DNA of 64,000 nucleotides from a bacterium. GTDB lineage: Bacteria > UBP6 > JAFGXH01. Numbering within the stretch: position 1 is the first letter of the stretch; each line of letters starts with the position of its first letter. The position numbers and the translations under genes were made by a program. The stretch lies in NCBI GenBank assembly GCA_016936735.1, contig JAFGXH010000321.1, positions 7,221 through 71,220 on the forward strand, in the 5' to 3' direction. Of this stretch, positions 28,536 to 41,840 are shown in pieces. The notes beneath the pieces are model-generated. The model saw nothing but the letters and a program-made list of their open reading frames with translations. It was not told where the DNA came from and ran no database searches.

Positions 28536-29570
28536 TTATTTTGTTTTTTTAGATATTTTTCCACTATTTGAGATTGAGATTTCTGTATTTGGAAAATCCT
28601 CTTTTGTAAGGCGAGATATCTCTTTTGCTGCTGAATGATTAGAATCGAATTCAATACCACCTCTTCCAATCTGTTTAAATGATACTATTTCACCTGATAC
28701 AAAAGAGCCATCCTCTGCAAGATCTATCATTGCAAAAGGTGCATATCCAGCTTTACCTTTAAGACTAAAACGACCATAGGTTGTAAAATTTCCTAAGCTA
28801 TAAAGGATTAATCTATTTTTATAAATTTCTGTTCCACGTGGAACATGAGGTCCATGACCAATTACAATATCTGCTCCAGCATCAATAACTTCATGAGTAA
28901 ATTTTTTCAAATCACCTCTATTTTCTCCTAAATAGTTTTCCATTCCATCAACAACATTTGATGCATTTTTTCCCTCCGCTCCACCATGAAAAGATACTAT
29001 AACAATATCAACTTTTTTTGATAGCTCTTTTACTAATTTTGATGCCTCTGGAATATTATTTATACTATATGTTCCCCAATTTGGAGCAAAACCAATCATT
29101 CCTATTTTTTTCCCTTTTTTCTCAATAATAGCAATATCACCAATAATACCAGAGTATGCAATTCCTGCTTTCTCTAGTGTAGCTTTTGTTTCTACCCTTC
29201 CCTCCTCTCCAAAATCTCCAGAGTGGTTATTTGCTAAATTTAACAGATGAAATCCTGCCTCTATATAATTTTTTATATATGTTGTTGGAGTTTTAAATGC
29301 ATAGCAGTTCTTTGGATTACTACATTTTTTATGAAGTGGAGCATTATCAGCAAGAGGTCCTTCCAAATTTCCAAAAAGAACATCAACTTTTTTAAAATAT
29401 TTATATGCAGCTCTCATTAAATTTGAACCATCTTTTTCAGGTAGATAGCTTTCATCAGGATAGTTTGTTCCTAACATTATATCACCAACAGCTCCAATTG
29501 TAATAAATCTCTCTCCTCCAAAAAGAGATAAAGATATTGCAAATAGTAAAAACAGAATTAATTTTTTCAT
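28536..29570 (-). CDS. CapA/PgsA-family metallophosphatase-like protein (poly-gamma-glutamate capsule synthesis family), secreted
   Basis: It has a signal peptide. GAVGDIM, GNLEGP, NNH and VSFHGG..EG are the CapA / calcineurin-like motifs. Confidence 0.75.
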   Translation of the reverse strand: MKKLILFLLFAISLSLFGGERFITIGAVGDIMLGTNYPDESYLPEKDGSNLMRAAYKYFKKVDVLFGNLEGPLADNAPLHKKCSNPKNCYAFKTPTTYIKNYIEAGFHLLNLANNHSGDFGEEGRVETKATLEKAGIAYSGIIGDIAIIEKKGKKIGMIGFAPNWGTYSINNIPEASKLVKELSKKVDIVIVSFHGGAEGKNASNVVDGMENYLGENRGDLKKFTHEVIDAGADIVIGHGPHVPRGTEIYKNRLILYSLGNFTTYGRFSLKGKAGYAPFAMIDLAEDGSFVSGEIVSFKQIGRGGIEFDSNHSAAKEISRLTKEDFPNTEISISNSGKISKKTK

Positions 29571-29596
29571 TATTTCCTCTAAATAGTAAACAGAAA

Positions 29597-29630
29597 TTAA
29601 AAAAGGGGAAGAAAGCTTCCCCTTTTTTAA
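29597..29630 (-). terminator. Rho-independent terminator downstream of rpoC
   Basis: GGGGAAG-AAAG-CTTCCCC is a perfect 7-bp GC-rich stem. It is flanked by an A-run and a T-run (bidirectional architecture) 36 nt after the rpoC stop. Confidence 0.6.
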
Positions 29631-29665
29631 TAATATATTTTAAACTATTTTTCAAGTTTTAGATA

Positions 29666-32600
29666 TTAAAGAATCTCATCCTCAGAACGAACAACCTCCA
29701 TCTCTAATCTGGAGTAGTTTTGAATACCAGTTCCAGCAGGAATTAAACGTCCCATAATAACATTCTCTTTTAATCCCATAAGGTAATCGATTTTACCATG
29801 AATAGCTGCTTCTGTGAGAACTTTAGTTGTCTCTTGGAAAGATGCAGCAGAGATAAAAGACTCTGTTGTTAATGCAGCACGGCTAATACCTAAAAGAAGC
29901 GGTTTTGCAGTTGCTGGTCTTTTACGAAGTTTGAGAAGCTTCATTTTCTCATCTTCAAATCTAAAGCGGTCAATATTCTCTTCACTTAAGAAAACGCTAT
30001 CTCCAGCATGAATAATCTGAACTTTTTTAAGCATTTGGCGAACAATAACCTCAATGTGTTTATCATTGATTGCAACACCCTGGCTACGATAAACTTTCTG
30101 GATCTCTTTTACAAGAAATTTAGAAAGCTCTTTTTCACCCTTAATTTTAAGAATATCATGTGGGTTAATATCCCCTTCAGTAATACGCTCTCCAGCACGA
30201 ATATAGTCACCATCTTTTACAACAGTCTCTTTTGTACGTGGAATCTCATACTGTTTCTCTTTACCAACTTCAGGTTTGATTTTAATTCTAACTTTTGTTT
30301 TAGTTGCAGTTCCAAACTCAACAATACCATCAATTTCAGATACAAGTGCAGTATCTTTTGGTTTTCTAGCTTCAAAAAGCTCTTCAACTCTAGGAAGACC
30401 AGCAACAATATCCTCATTTTTACGCTGTGTTTTGGTTTTACTTGCTAAAACAGTTCCAGGCTCTATTTTCTGACCATCTCTTATAGCAGCAGCAATACCA
30501 AAATCTTTTGTAAGATGGTAAACCGCAATCTCCTCTCTATCTTTTGTGGATCTAACTGTAATTGGTTGACCAAACTCATCAACTATAGCAATTGCAGGTT
30601 TAAACTCCTTTTTACCTTTATGTTCAATAATTCTTTTAATAGTACTTTCATGTCCTGTTTTTGCTTTACTTTGAGAAACCTCCTCTTTGTAAGTAACATC
30701 TTGTACTAAATCCATAAATTTTACAGTTCCACCAACCTCAGATATAATAACTTTGGAGTGTGGATCTTTTTGTAGAATTTTTGAATTTTTAAGAACCTCT
30801 TGAGCATCTTTTACAAATATTTTTGAACCATACTCAACATTAATAACCTCTTTTTCACGACCATTTTTATCAATAAGTCTAAGATTACCATTACGAGTAA
30901 CAACAACATCAACACCATCTTTATCTTTAATTGTTGATATACGGTCAAAAACAACTTTACCTTCAACTTTAGAGAGATATTCAAGTTCTGAAGCAGAACC
31001 AGATGCAACCCCTCCTTGATGGAATACACGCATTGTTAACTGTGTTCCTGGCTCTCCAATTGATTGAGCAGCAATAACTCCAATTGCTTCACCAATATTA
31101 ACCTGCTCTCCTCTTGCAAGATCTCTACCATAACATTTACGGCAAACACCTTTTCTTGATTTACAAGTTAGAACAGATCTAATTCTTACAGTCTCAATAC
31201 CTGCCTCTAAAATATCATCAATAACTTTCTCATTAATCTCTTCACCTTTTGGAACAATAACTCTTCCATCAGATGTAACAACATCATCTAATGCTGTACG
31301 ACCAAGTATTCTATCAATAAATAGTTCCTGTTTTTCAGCATTGTTTTTACCCTCAATCTCATCAATATCCACCTCAAGACCAACAATTGTACCACAATCA
31401 TAAGATGTAACAATAGCATCATGAGCAACATCAACAAGTTTTCTTGTTAAATAACCAGATGAAGCTGTTTTAAGAGCTGTATCTGAAAGACCTTTTCTAG
31501 CACCATGTGTTGAAATAAAATACTCTGACACAGACAAACCTTCACGAAAGTTTGCTTTAATTGGTGTTGGAATAATATCTCCATTAGGTTTAGTCATAAG
31601 ACCACGCATCCCTGATACCTGTTTAATCTGGCTATCAGAACCACGAGCTCCAGAGTCTTTCATAATATAGATTGGATTTAAACTATCCTCCTCTTTTACA
31701 ACAGAGAATCCATATTTATCAACAGTTTTAACATTCACTTTACTAATGTATTTTGTAATAGCATTAGATACTCTTTCTGTTGTTTTTTCCCAAAGCTCTT
31801 TTACTCTATTAATTTTTTCATCTTCAGAGAGAAGTTCATTTGCAACCTGCTCATCAAACTCCTCAATTTTATGTTGAGCCTCTTCAAGAATAGATTTTTT
31901 TGCTTCAGGAATAATCATATCATTGATATTAACAGAGATTCCAGAAAGTGTTGCCTGTCTAAAACCAAGATCTTTAATTTTATCAGCAAAAATAACAGTT
32001 GCCTTAGGTCCAACCTCAATAAAACATTTATGAAGTAGTTTTGTAATCTCTTTTTTACCTAAAACTTTATTTATATCCATAAATCTTAATCCTCTTCCTT
32101 CAAATTCAGGATCAGATTTTTTAGGAGTAATTTGCCAAAACAGAATTCTACCAGGAGTTGTATCCTCAAGTTTTCCCTCTATTCTAACTTTAACTTTAGC
32201 ATGAATATCAACTTTATCATACTCAAGAGCCATTACTGCCTCTTCAGGAGATGAGAATACCATTCCTCCATTCTCTCTAAAAAGACCAAGCTCAATTTGA
32301 GCAGGAGTTAATAGTGATTTTTTACCATTTGAAACAACTGGTAAAAGAGTATCTCCTTGAATTTTTTCATATTCAAATCTATTTTGTTGAGACAATTTAT
32401 ATACACAATATGCCTCTTTTAATGATGAAAATTGAAAATCTTTCTTTCCAAGTTTTTTTAAATCAACATCAACTCCAAGAGATTTAAGTGCATCTTTTGA
32501 TGTTAAACCAGCCTCCTCATTCTCTTTTAAATCAAGATTAGGAATATCAGGTAACCAACCACCACCTTTACGAAAATATCTCTCTCTTGTTATATAGTAT

Positions 32601-34666
32601 AAACCAAGTACAATATCTTGATGTGGAGATATAATTGGTTTTCCACTTGCAGGAGAAAGAATATTGTTTGTAGACATCATCAATACTCTTGCCTCAATTT
32701 GAGCCTCAATTGATAAAGGAAGATGTACAGCCATCTGGTCACCATCAAAGTCCGCATTAAATGCAACACAAACAAGAGGATGAAGCTGAATAGATTTACT
32801 TTCAACTAAAATTGGTTCAAATGCCTGAATACCAAGTCTATGAAGAGTTGGAGCACGGTTTAGTAATACTGGATGCTCTTTTACAATATCTTCAAGAACT
32901 TCAAATACTACCTCTTCCTGATCTTCAACTTTTTTCTTAGCTGATTTTACATTAGTAACTAAACCTCTTTCTATCAATTTGTTGAAAATAAATGGTTTAA
33001 ATAACTCAAGAGCCATTTTTTTAGGTAAACCACATTGATGTAATTTTAAATCTGGACCAATTGTAATAACTGAACGACCAGAGTAGTCAACACGTTTTCC
33101 TAATAGATGTTGACGAAAACGTCCCTGTTTTCCTTTTAAAGACTCTGTAAGAGATTTTAATGGGCGACCATTATTTGATTTTGCAGGTTTTGTCATTGAT
33201 GAGTTATCAAAAAGAGCATCAACAGCCTCTTGAAGCATTCTTTTCTCATTTCTAACAATGATAGATGGAGCTCCAATATCAATAAGTTTTTTTAAACGAT
33301 TATTTCTTGTAATAATACGACGATATAGATCATTTAAATCACTTGTTGCAAAACGTCCACCCTCAAGAGGAACTAATGGTCTTAAATCTGGAGGAAGAAC
33401 AGGAATAACATTTAAAATCATCCACTCTGCTTTGTTTTCTGATATATAAAAAGCCTCAACAATTTTGAGTCTTTGTGAATATTTTTTCTTTTTTGTTTCA
33501 GATGTCTCTTTTTTTAGTTGTATACGAAGAATATCTGAGAGACTTTTTAAATCAATTCTTTCTAATAAGGCACTTAGTGATTCAGCACCTCTATCTGCAG
33601 AAAATGTATCAAAAAACTTTTTAAGCATTGAGAAACCTGTTTCTGCTTCAAAAAGCTTGGTTTCACCAATTAATGCAAGATATTCATCTTTATTTAACCA
33701 ATCACCAACTGATGGAAGAGATATAGTTTCTACTCCCTTAATATCTTGTACTGTTGTTACACAATAAACCTCTCCAAAAAGGAGATCTACAAGATAGGAT
33801 GGATTGATAAAGTTTGATGGTAGATGTGAAAAATCTGAATCATAAAGATACTCTTTTCCCTCTAAATCACAAAAACTATCAATAAGAGCATTGAGATATT
33901 TTCTATTTTTATAAAAATCACCTAATTTCTCTCTTAAGAAATTTAATGCAGTTTCACCAGTTTCTGCACCAATTGATCGATTATCCATAAACTCTTCAAG
34001 TGTTATAAGGGAACACTCTTTAAAATCATCATTTCCCCTTGTAACAACATAAAGTTTTCTATTTTTAATATCAGATAATCTCTCCTCTGGAATATTTAAA
34101 AAAATTTGAGGAAGTGTGTCTGTTAATAATTGATATGCCTCTTCGGTCATAATCAATCCCTCTTTCATCACATCATCTCTATAAAGACCTGTAAATCCAG
34201 GATTTACAACAGCATAAAAATCCTCAAACAAAAGTTTACTCATCTCAACATGAGTATAATTTAGTAGGTAACCGATTTTACTTGGAGAACGAAAAAACCA
34301 AGGATGAATTACAGGACTTGCCAATTCAATATGACCAATCCAATTTCTTCTTACTGAAGAACTTGTAATTTTTACACCACATTTCTCACAAGTTAGCCCC
34401 TCATATTTTCTTTTTTTATATTTTCCACATAAACAGGTATAATCTTTTACTGGACCAAATATTTTTGCACAAAAAAGGCCATCTGGTTCAGGTTTATGTG
34501 TTCTATAATTGATTGTTTCAGGTTTTTTAACCTCTCCATTTGAGTGATCTCTGATATCATCAGGAGAGGTTAGAGAGATTCTTAGTGCAGTATAGTTTTT
34601 ATCATTAATCTCTTTTTTTATATTGTTGGTTCCAAAAAAAACGTCGTTCAAGCTTCCTCCAATCAA
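29666..34666 (-). CDS. rpoC: DNA-directed RNA polymerase subunit beta-prime (1666 aa, with lineage-specific insertions)
   Basis: It has the zinc-binding [28 protein letters not shown] (the catalytic DFDGD) and a trigger loop/bridge helix. It lies downstream of rpoB. Confidence 0.97.
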   Translation of the reverse strand: MIGGSLNDVFFGTNNIKKEINDKNYTALRISLTSPDDIRDHSNGEVKKPETINYRTHKPEPDGLFCAKIFGPVKDYTCLCGKYKKRKYEGLTCEKCGVKITSSSVRRNWIGHIELASPVIHPWFFRSPSKIGYLLNYTHVEMSKLLFEDFYAVVNPGFTGLYRDDVMKEGLIMTEEAYQLLTDTLPQIFLNIPEERLSDIKNRKLYVVTRGNDDFKECSLITLEEFMDNRSIGAETGETALNFLREKLGDFYKNRKYLNALIDSFCDLEGKEYLYDSDFSHLPSNFINPSYLVDLLFGEVYCVTTVQDIKGVETISLPSVGDWLNKDEYLALIGETKLFEAETGFSMLKKFFDTFSADRGAESLSALLERIDLKSLSDILRIQLKKETSETKKKKYSQRLKIVEAFYISENKAEWMILNVIPVLPPDLRPLVPLEGGRFATSDLNDLYRRIITRNNRLKKLIDIGAPSIIVRNEKRMLQEAVDALFDNSSMTKPAKSNNGRPLKSLTESLKGKQGRFRQHLLGKRVDYSGRSVITIGPDLKLHQCGLPKKMALELFKPFIFNKLIERGLVTNVKSAKKKVEDQEEVVFEVLEDIVKEHPVLLNRAPTLHRLGIQAFEPILVESKSIQLHPLVCVAFNADFDGDQMAVHLPLSIEAQIEARVLMMSTNNILSPASGKPIISPHQDIVLGLYYITRERYFRKGGGWLPDIPNLDLKENEEAGLTSKDALKSLGVDVDLKKLGKKDFQFSSLKEAYCVYKLSQQNRFEYEKIQGDTLLPVVSNGKKSLLTPAQIELGLFRENGGMVFSSPEEAVMALEYDKVDIHAKVKVRIEGKLEDTTPGRILFWQITPKKSDPEFEGRGLRFMDINKVLGKKEITKLLHKCFIEVGPKATVIFADKIKDLGFRQATLSGISVNINDMIIPEAKKSILEEAQHKIEEFDEQVANELLSEDEKINRVKELWEKTTERVSNAITKYISKVNVKTVDKYGFSVVKEEDSLNPIYIMKDSGARGSDSQIKQVSGMRGLMTKPNGDIIPTPIKANFREGLSVSEYFISTHGARKGLSDTALKTASSGYLTRKLVDVAHDAIVTSYDCGTIVGLEVDIDEIEGKNNAEKQELFIDRILGRTALDDVVTSDGRVIVPKGEEINEKVIDDILEAGIETVRIRSVLTCKSRKGVCRKCYGRDLARGEQVNIGEAIGVIAAQSIGEPGTQLTMRVFHQGGVASGSASELEYLSKVEGKVVFDRISTIKDKDGVDVVVTRNGNLRLIDKNGREKEVINVEYGSKIFVKDAQEVLKNSKILQKDPHSKVIISEVGGTVKFMDLVQDVTYKEEVSQSKAKTGHESTIKRIIEHKGKKEFKPAIAIVDEFGQPITVRSTKDREEIAVYHLTKDFGIAAAIRDGQKIEPGTVLASKTKTQRKNEDIVAGLPRVEELFEARKPKDTALVSEIDGIVEFGTATKTKVRIKIKPEVGKEKQYEIPRTKETVVKDGDYIRAGERITEGDINPHDILKIKGEKELSKFLVKEIQKVYRSQGVAINDKHIEVIVRQMLKKVQIIHAGDSVFLSEENIDRFRFEDEKMKLLKLRKRPATAKPLLLGISRAALTTESFISAASFQETTKVLTEAAIHGKIDYLMGLKENVIMGRLIPAGTGIQNYSRLEMEVVRSEDEIL

Positions 34667-34738
34667 AAGAGTTTAAAAGTCCCCCTGATTTCACAGAGGG
34701 ACAAGTTTTGTATTATATAAAAATAAAAATTCTCATCA

Positions 34739-37700
34739 TCAATCGATAATGGTTCCCAGCTTTTCACGACGAAGCTCTTCATAACGATTGATACTCTCAT
34801 CATCGAGTTTCTCAATTTTTAAACAAAGAGCCTCAAGTTCTTTTAATAAAACATTAAAGGCCTCCGGGGTACCTGCACGAAGAACATTGTCACCCTTAAC
34901 AATAGCTTCATACATACGGTCTCTACCATTAATATCATCAGATTTAACAGTTAAAAACTCTTGAAGAATATAAGCCGCACCATATGCCTCTAGAGCCCAA
35001 ACCTCCATCTCTCCAAGACGTTGGCCTCCAAATTGAGCTTTACCTCCAAGAGGTTGTTGAGTAACAAGAGAGTATGGTCCTGTTGAACGAGCATGTATTT
35101 TTTCATCAACTAAGTGATGTAGTTTTAGAATATACATAACACCAACAGTAACCTCTTGGTCAAATGGCTCTCCTGATTGACCATCAAAAAGAATAGTTCT
35201 TCCATTTTCAGGAAGATCAGCAAGAATTAGTTTTTTTCTAATTCCCTCCTCTGTGATTCCATCAAACACAGGGTTAGCAAAAAATAGACCAGTTTTATGT
35301 TTTTCAACAAAAAGCTCTAAATTATCCTTATTTAAAGCATCAACATAAACTTTCTCTTCAGGTTTATCATATATTTGATAAAGAAACTCTTTAATCTCTT
35401 CAAGAGATCTTTTTTCTTGATACATTTTATAAAGTTTCTCTCCAAGACCTTTTGCAGCCCAACCAAGATGAACCTCTAAAATCTGGCCAATATTCATACG
35501 TGATGGAACACCAAGAGGATTTAAAACCATCTCAACAGGAGTACCATCTGGTAAATATGGAAGATCCTCCTCTGCAAGAATACGAGATACAACCCCTTTA
35601 TTACCATGACGTCCAGACATTTTATCACCAACCTGTAGTTTTCTTTTAATAGCTAAAATAACTTTAACCATTTTTCTAACTCCAGGTGTAAGCTCATCCC
35701 CTTTAGAGAGAGTCTCTATTTTCTTTTTATACATTTGATCAATGTATTTCACTTTTTTAGATAGATTACTAATAATAGCTTTTAGTTTTTTATTAACAGA
35801 GGAGTCCTCTACTTTAACATCACTATAAAGCTCTTCATTTAAAAGTGCAAAATTATCTTTTGTATATGAATCACCTTTTGCAATTATTTTTCTTCCATCT
35901 TTAGAAAATAGTGTTTCAGATGCAACTTTTCCAACAACAAGCTCCTCAATACGAGCATAAGCATTTTTCTTAATAATTCTTTTTTGGTCATTTGCATCTT
36001 TTTTAAGACGTTGTTCCTCCTCATTCTCTATTAAAATAGAGCGAGCATCTTTTTCAACACCTTTTCTTGTAAATATTTTAACATCAATAACAGTACCAGA
36101 TATACCAGTAGATACTCTTAATGATGTATCCTTCACTTCATCAGCTTTACTTCCAAAAATAGCTCTTAACAATCTCTCTTCTGGAGTTAATTGTTGCTCT
36201 GCTCTTGGAGTAATTTTACCAACAAGAATATCATCCTGCTTTACTTTTGAACCAATTCGGATAATACCACTCTCATCAAGTTTTGAAAGCTTATCCTCTT
36301 TAGCACCAGGAACATCTCGTGTAATAGTCTCTGCACCAAGTTTTACATCTCTTGCAAAAACCTCCTCCTCTTCAATGTGAATAGAGGTAAAAATATCATT
36401 TTTAACAACTTTTTCAGAGATAAGAATTGCATCCTCATAGTTGTAACCATTCCAAGGCATAAAGGCAACAACTATATTACGACCAAGGGCAATCTCACCC
36501 ATATCGGTTGCAGGTCCATCAGCAAGAACATCACCTTTATTAATTCTATCACCTTTATGAACAACAGGAAGCTGATTAATACAGGTGTTCTGATTTGAAC
36601 GACGATATTTTGATAAATTATAAATATCAGCCTCTGTCTCTTCAATATCCTCTGTTGCATCTGCTCTTACAACAATTCTATTTGCATCAACATACTCAAC
36701 AACACCAGATCTACGGGCAATAACAACCATACCAGAGTCTTTTCCAACATGAACCTCCATACCAGTTCCAATAAAAGGAGCCTCTGTATGAAGAAGAGGA
36801 ACAGCCTGACGTTGCATATTAGAACCCATTAAAGCACGGTTTGCATCATCATGTTGTAAAAATGGAATCATTGATGCAGCAACAGAAACCATTTGGTATG
36901 TTGAAATATCCATTATCTCAACATCAGATGGTTTAACATAAACAAAATCACCATCTTTTCTTGCATAAACATAATCATATGTTATTTTTTGATTTTCATC
37001 AAATTTTACTTTAGCTTGAGCTATAATTTTTCCAGACTCTTCAAGAGCAGAAAAATAGTGGAGTTTATTTGTTATAACTCCGTTTTCAACCATACGATAT
37101 GGACTTTCAAGAAAGCCATAATCATTAATCTCAGCAAAAACAGCTAAAGAGGATATAAGACCAATATTTTGTCCCTCTGGTGTTTCAATAGGACAGATTC
37201 TTCCATAGTGAGTTGCATGAACGTCACGAACCTCATAACCTGCACGCTCTCTTTTTAAACCTGATGGTCCAAGAGCAGATAATCTTCTTTTATGAGTAAT
37301 TTCAGAAAGAGGATTTGTCTGATCCATAAATTGAGAAAGCTGAGATGAACCAAAAAACTCATTTAATGTTGCATGTAATGGTTTTGGATTAATTAGTTCA
37401 TGAGGATTAACAAGCTCAATATCAGAAGATGATACCATTTTATCCTCAATTGCTTTGATGATTTTGAGAAAACCTTTTTTAAACTCAAGTTCAACTAACT
37501 CACCAACAGCACGAACTCTTCTATTTGAAAGATGATCTATATCATCAACAATAGCTCCATTTAAACCATTATTTTTAATATCAATAAGATATTTTAAAGA
37601 CTCTATTATATCCTCTTTTGTTAAAGTTTTCTTGGTAAAAAAGAAAGCCTCTTCCATTAAAAGATATGTAAATCTCTCTTTTGCCTCTTCACTATCAAAC

Positions 37701-39574
37701 TCTAATTTAGGAAGAATATTCTCTTCAATAAAGGATTTAATCCAAAGAAGAGTATTTAAAATAATCTGTTTATTTTCTGGAAATAAAAGAATCTCATCTA
37801 AAATTTTTTGTGATAATGTTTTTTCAAATGATGTTGTAATCTTATCACTCATTTTGGAAACAATATCTTTAAACCCAACAGAAAGAACTGTTTTTGTGAT
37901 ATGTAATAGAGAATCAGTAACAATACTAACAGATGAAAATTCTGATAAATCCTCATTTTTAGCACTATCTCTTCTCATTATTTTTTCAAAATATTTTGTT
38001 ACTTTTTCTTCAAGAGACTTAGAGAAAAGATATGATAATTTTTTGAATGCTAAATGCTCTTTTCGAAGTTTGATATTGAATTTAATTCTACCAACTTCTG
38101 ACAAATCATATCTATTTGAATCAAATAACATTTGGTATAAGAAGCCTTCAGCCTCTTTAAATGTTGCAGGTTCATTAGGTCTCATTCTTCTAAAAATCTC
38201 TTTTAATGCTTGACGATGAATCTCTTCATTAAAAAAGTCAGATCCAAGAAGATCAAAAACCATTTTTGTAAATTTCTCTCTAACCTCTGCATTTTGTGTT
38301 GGTGAAGAGGTAAATCTGCGTGCAAGCTCTTTAAAATCCCCCTCATCTTCACTATTTTTAAATTTAAGCCTTGTAATAAGATCTTTGTGATCTTCATCTC
38401 TAATTCTATCAAGAGAACAGAGTGCAACATCTTTTAATAAAAGATCGGTTACTTTGTCAGATAGAAGAGTATCTTTTATATATGGTCCAGAGCTTGTTTT
38501 ATCAAGATATATAATATCAAACTCTCTTATACCTGAATCATAAAGAGTCTCTAAATCCTCTTTGTTTATCTCCTCTCCAACCATTTTAAGAAGATTATTT
38601 TTGGTATCAAGAATATTTGAATATGCAAAAAAACTTACATCAGCCTCTTTAATTGGAATCTCTGTAATATTTGCCTGTCTTAACTTATCAAGATTACGTT
38701 TATTTAAAAGCATTGATGCTTTTACAACAACCTCTCCTGTTTCAGGATGTCTAAACTCATGATTAATTTTTTTTCCAAGAAGCCAATCAAAGTTAACTTT
38801 TTTAAAAAGAAGAATTTTCTCCTCTTTTTTCCCTGTTTCAGGATCAACTTCAATTCCTCTTTCCATACGGATTTTTTCATTTTCATAGAAATAATGAATA
38901 ATCTCCTCTCCTGAATATCCAAGAGCTTTTAAAAGTGTTGTAACTTGAAGTTTTCTTTTTGTATCAATTTGAACATAACAGAGCTCTTTTGAATCAAATT
39001 CAAAAACAAGCCAAGAACCAACTGCAGGTATTATTTTAGCTTGATAAGTTACAGCTCTATTTAAAAGAGTAGTTGCCTCCTTAACATAAGATAAACCAGG
39101 TGAACGATGAAGCTGCATTACAACAACACGCTCTGTTCCATTTACAATAAATGTACCCTCATTTGTCATTATGTGGATCTCACCAAAATATACATTTTGA
39201 TTTCTTATCTCTTTTGTTTGAAGTTTAAATTGATTTCCTGGTAATGGAATTTTCTCATTAATAGTTAACTGAAACTCAACATTAAGAGGAACAGCATAAT
39301 TAGCACCTCTATATCTACACTCATCAACATCATATTTAGGATCTCCTATTTTGAATCCTAAATAGTCAATAATAACTGTTCCATCACTACTTCTTACTGG
39401 AAAAAGAGATTGGAATAGTCTATGTAGACCTGTTTGAGTAGGATCAACATTTAAATCTAAAAATTTTTTAAATGAATCAACCTGGTTTTTAAGAAGATTT
39501 GGAACAGTTATTAAATTTTTAATTTTTGCAAAACTTTTTCTTAATCTAAAGTTAGATTGAATTAATTCTGACAT
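34739..39574 (-). CDS. rpoB: DNA-directed RNA polymerase subunit beta (1611 aa, with a large insertion in the N-terminal third)
   Basis: It has conserved beta blocks: the Rif-region [33 protein letters not shown], and GNKGVVSRI...EDLPY....P. It lies downstream of rplL. Confidence 0.97.
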   Translation of the reverse strand: MSELIQSNFRLRKSFAKIKNLITVPNLLKNQVDSFKKFLDLNVDPTQTGLHRLFQSLFPVRSSDGTVIIDYLGFKIGDPKYDVDECRYRGANYAVPLNVEFQLTINEKIPLPGNQFKLQTKEIRNQNVYFGEIHIMTNEGTFIVNGTERVVVMQLHRSPGLSYVKEATTLLNRAVTYQAKIIPAVGSWLVFEFDSKELCYVQIDTKRKLQVTTLLKALGYSGEEIIHYFYENEKIRMERGIEVDPETGKKEEKILLFKKVNFDWLLGKKINHEFRHPETGEVVVKASMLLNKRNLDKLRQANITEIPIKEADVSFFAYSNILDTKNNLLKMVGEEINKEDLETLYDSGIREFDIIYLDKTSSGPYIKDTLLSDKVTDLLLKDVALCSLDRIRDEDHKDLITRLKFKNSEDEGDFKELARRFTSSPTQNAEVREKFTKMVFDLLGSDFFNEEIHRQALKEIFRRMRPNEPATFKEAEGFLYQMLFDSNRYDLSEVGRIKFNIKLRKEHLAFKKLSYLFSKSLEEKVTKYFEKIMRRDSAKNEDLSEFSSVSIVTDSLLHITKTVLSVGFKDIVSKMSDKITTSFEKTLSQKILDEILLFPENKQIILNTLLWIKSFIEENILPKLEFDSEEAKERFTYLLMEEAFFFTKKTLTKEDIIESLKYLIDIKNNGLNGAIVDDIDHLSNRRVRAVGELVELEFKKGFLKIIKAIEDKMVSSSDIELVNPHELINPKPLHATLNEFFGSSQLSQFMDQTNPLSEITHKRRLSALGPSGLKRERAGYEVRDVHATHYGRICPIETPEGQNIGLISSLAVFAEINDYGFLESPYRMVENGVITNKLHYFSALEESGKIIAQAKVKFDENQKITYDYVYARKDGDFVYVKPSDVEIMDISTYQMVSVAASMIPFLQHDDANRALMGSNMQRQAVPLLHTEAPFIGTGMEVHVGKDSGMVVIARRSGVVEYVDANRIVVRADATEDIEETEADIYNLSKYRRSNQNTCINQLPVVHKGDRINKGDVLADGPATDMGEIALGRNIVVAFMPWNGYNYEDAILISEKVVKNDIFTSIHIEEEEVFARDVKLGAETITRDVPGAKEDKLSKLDESGIIRIGSKVKQDDILVGKITPRAEQQLTPEERLLRAIFGSKADEVKDTSLRVSTGISGTVIDVKIFTRKGVEKDARSILIENEEEQRLKKDANDQKRIIKKNAYARIEELVVGKVASETLFSKDGRKIIAKGDSYTKDNFALLNEELYSDVKVEDSSVNKKLKAIISNLSKKVKYIDQMYKKKIETLSKGDELTPGVRKMVKVILAIKRKLQVGDKMSGRHGNKGVVSRILAEEDLPYLPDGTPVEMVLNPLGVPSRMNIGQILEVHLGWAAKGLGEKLYKMYQEKRSLEEIKEFLYQIYDKPEEKVYVDALNKDNLELFVEKHKTGLFFANPVFDGITEEGIRKKLILADLPENGRTILFDGQSGEPFDQEVTVGVMYILKLHHLVDEKIHARSTGPYSLVTQQPLGGKAQFGGQRLGEMEVWALEAYGAAYILQEFLTVKSDDINGRDRMYEAIVKGDNVLRAGTPEAFNVLLKELEALCLKIEKLDDESINRYEELRREKLGTIID

Positions 39575-39593
39575 GTAACCTCACTCAGAATAA

Positions 39594-39637
39594 AATCGAA
39601 AAAAAAGGAAAACCTAGCTTGTTTTTGACAAGCTAGG
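39594..39637 (-). terminator. rplL-rpoB intergenic attenuator/terminator hairpin
   Basis: CCTAGCTTG-(7 nt loop)-CAAGCTAGG is a perfect 9-bp stem. It is followed on the transcribed minus strand by UUUUCCUUUUUUUU. A partial terminator between rplL and rpoB is the classical arrangement. Confidence 0.5.
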
Positions 39638-39693
39638 TTAAGATAATGTAGAAATACTATTTTCAAAGGCAACGCCTTCATAAAATTAAAAAA

Positions 39694-40068
39694 CTATTTC
39701 ATTTCAGCTACAGCACCTGCTGCAATTAATTTTTGAACAAGGTCTTCTGCTTGGTCTTTAGGGAGAGCCTGTTTAACAACTTGAGGTGCACCATCAACTA
39801 ATGCTTTTGCCTCTTTAAGTCCTAAACCTGTTACATCTTTAACAACTTTGATAACTTTAATTTTCTCTTGTCCACCATCAGTAAGAACAACATCAAATTC
39901 AGTTTTTTCTTCAACTGCTGCTGTAGATTCTCCACCACCTGTTGCAACTGCAACTGCTGCTGCTGCACTAACACCCCATTGTGTTTCTAATTCTTTTACA
40001 AGATCTGACATCTCTAAAATGGTTAAGTTGCTCAAAAAATCAATAACTTCTGCTCTTGTTACAGCCAT
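39694..40068 (-). CDS. rplL: 50S ribosomal protein L7/L12
   Basis: It has [28 protein letters not shown], an Ala-rich hinge, and C-terminal [17 protein letters not shown]. Confidence 0.95.
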   Translation of the reverse strand: MAVTRAEVIDFLSNLTILEMSDLVKELETQWGVSAAAAVAVATGGGESTAAVEEKTEFDVVLTDGGQEKIKVIKVVKDVTGLGLKEAKALVDGAPQVVKQALPKDQAEDLVQKLIAAGAVAEMK

Positions 40069-40102
40069 TTTTAACTCCTTAAAATAAAATTACAATTTGA
40101 AA

Positions 40103-40618
40103 TTAATTTTGTCCCTCTTGCTTCTCTTTATATGCATTAACAAGACGTGCAAATTTTGAAGGAACACCCATTAAAACGCTTAAAAAACGTGCTCTCATAC
40201 CATCAAGTGATGGAAGTTTAGCTAATGCTCTTACTTCATCAGGAGATAGCATTTTTCCTGAAAGATAACCACCTAAAATCTCAAGTGATTTAAATCTTCT
40301 AGCAAACTCATCTAACTCTTTTGCAGGAGCAACAGCATCTGTTGCAGAAACAGCAACACTAATGGGACCTCTAAACATTTTCCCGATTACACTAAGTTCT
40401 GTATCATTAGTTGCAATACGAGCAAGGCTGTTTTTTACAACATAAAAATCAATACCTTTTGTACGGAGAGTTTTTCTCAATTCATCCATATCTCCAGCTT
40501 TAACTCCTTGATAATTAAGGACAACTGCAGATACAGCTGATTCAAACTTTCCATGCAAAGCATCGATTAACTCTTTTTTTTGGGCTTTGCTTTTCACAAT
40601 AAACTCCTTTCTCAACAA
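40103..40618 (-). CDS. rplJ: 50S ribosomal protein L10
   Basis: It is 171 aa with an L10-like sequence (VVLNYQGVKAGDMDELRKTLR). It is positioned between rplA and rplL. Confidence 0.9.
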   Translation of the reverse strand: MLRKEFIVKSKAQKKELIDALHGKFESAVSAVVLNYQGVKAGDMDELRKTLRTKGIDFYVVKNSLARIATNDTELSVIGKMFRGPISVAVSATDAVAPAKELDEFARRFKSLEILGGYLSGKMLSPDEVRALAKLPSLDGMRARFLSVLMGVPSKFARLVNAYKEKQEGQN

Positions 40619-40693
40619 TTGTTGTCAAAGAAGCAGAAATTTCTGTCTCAACAGGATTATTAAGTCTAAACCCCCGTTTTCTTTGACTAAGTA
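40619..40693 (-). promoter_or_regulatory. Possible L10 (rplJ) leader / autoregulatory structure
   Basis: The 75-nt rplA-rplJ spacer contains the inverted repeat GTCAAAGAA...TTCTTTGAC (9 bp). The L10-L12 binding leader occupies this position in many bacteria. I cannot confirm a covariance-model fit by eye. Confidence 0.25.
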
Positions 40694-41389
40694 CTACTTA
40701 ACCACAGACGAAACATCCACTTTCACACCAGGTCCCATAGTTGAGCTTACAGTCATTTTTTTAAAGTAAGTTCCTTTGGAGCTGGATGGTTTTAATTTTT
40801 TCAATACATCAACTAATGAATCAATATTCTCTATTAAATCACCTGTTTCAAAAGATATTTTACCAACAGGTGCATGGATGATACCTTTTTTATCAACACG
40901 GAAAGATACTTTTCCCGCTTTTAATTCTCTAATCGCCTCTGCAACATTTGCTGTAACAGTTCCTGTTTTTGGGTTTGGCATTAATCCTCTTGGTCCAAGA
41001 ACTTTACCAAGTTTACCCACAACACGCATCATATCTGGAGTTGCAACAACAACATCAAAATCCATCCATCCTTCTGATTGGATTTTTGTAGCTAATTCAT
41101 CTCCACCAACATAATCTGCACCAGCATTTTTAGCAATAGTCTCATTTTCGCCTTGGCAAAAAACTAAAATACGAACAGTTTTTCCAAGACCTTTTGGCAT
41201 TAATGCTGCACCACGAATATTTTGATCTGCATGACGAGGGTCAACACCAAGATTAATTGCAACCTCTACAGTCTCATTAAATTTTGCAAATTTTACTTTT
41301 TTAAGTATATCAATCCCTTCTGCTAATGTATAAGTAGCTGTTGTATCAAAGGATTCGTACACTTTTTTTATGTTTTTACCATGTTTCAT
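40694..41389 (-). CDS. rplA: 50S ribosomal protein L1
   Basis: [15 protein letters not shown]... has canonical L1 blocks ([17 protein letters not shown]). Confidence 0.95.
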   Translation of the reverse strand: MKHGKNIKKVYESFDTTATYTLAEGIDILKKVKFAKFNETVEVAINLGVDPRHADQNIRGAALMPKGLGKTVRILVFCQGENETIAKNAGADYVGGDELATKIQSEGWMDFDVVVATPDMMRVVGKLGKVLGPRGLMPNPKTGTVTANVAEAIRELKAGKVSFRVDKKGIIHAPVGKISFETGDLIENIDSLVDVLKKLKPSSSKGTYFKKMTVSSTMGPGVKVDVSSVVK

Positions 41390-41401
41390 TATACACTCCT
41401 T

Positions 41402-41830
41402 TTAGTCAACAACTTTAATTCCCATACTTCTAGCAGTACCTAAAATACTATTAATTGCAGTCTCAACATTTGCTGCATTTAAGTCAGGCATTTTAAATTC
41501 TGCAATTTCACGAACCTGTTTCATTGTTACAGAACCAACTTTAACTTTATTTGGCTCTCCAGAACCACTTTTAATACCTGCAGCTTTTTTCAAAAGAACA
41601 GATGCTGGTGGTGTTTTTGTAACAAATGTAAAAGAACGATCTGCATAGATTGTTATAACAGTTGGGATAATTAATCCTTTTTCAAGATTTTGTGTTTCAG
41701 CATTAAATGCTTTAACAAATGCCATAATATTAACCCCATGTTGACCAAGAGCTGGACCAACTGGTGGTTGTGGTGTTGCACTTTGTGCAGGAAGTTGCAA
41801 TTTTACCATACCGGTAATTTTCTTTGCCAT
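41402..41830 (-). CDS. rplK: 50S ribosomal protein L11
   Basis: [43 protein letters not shown] is canonical L11. Confidence 0.95.
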   Translation of the reverse strand: MAKKITGMVKLQLPAQSATPQPPVGPALGQHGVNIMAFVKAFNAETQNLEKGLIIPTVITIYADRSFTFVTKTPPASVLLKKAAGIKSGSGEPNKVKVGSVTMKQVREIAEFKMPDLNAANVETAINSILGTARSMGIKVVD

Positions 41831-41840
41831 GAATTACTCC

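Noticed and set aside
29814-30709. Several 60-146-aa ORFs antisense to or overlapping rpoC (29814..30011, 30008..30448, 30217..30417, 30276..30473, 30515..30709). Similar ones lie inside rpoB, fliD and rpoD.
   Set aside because: They lie entirely within strongly supported conserved genes on the opposite strand or in an alternate frame. They have low-complexity composition and no RBS. They are typical AT-rich-genome spurious ORFs.
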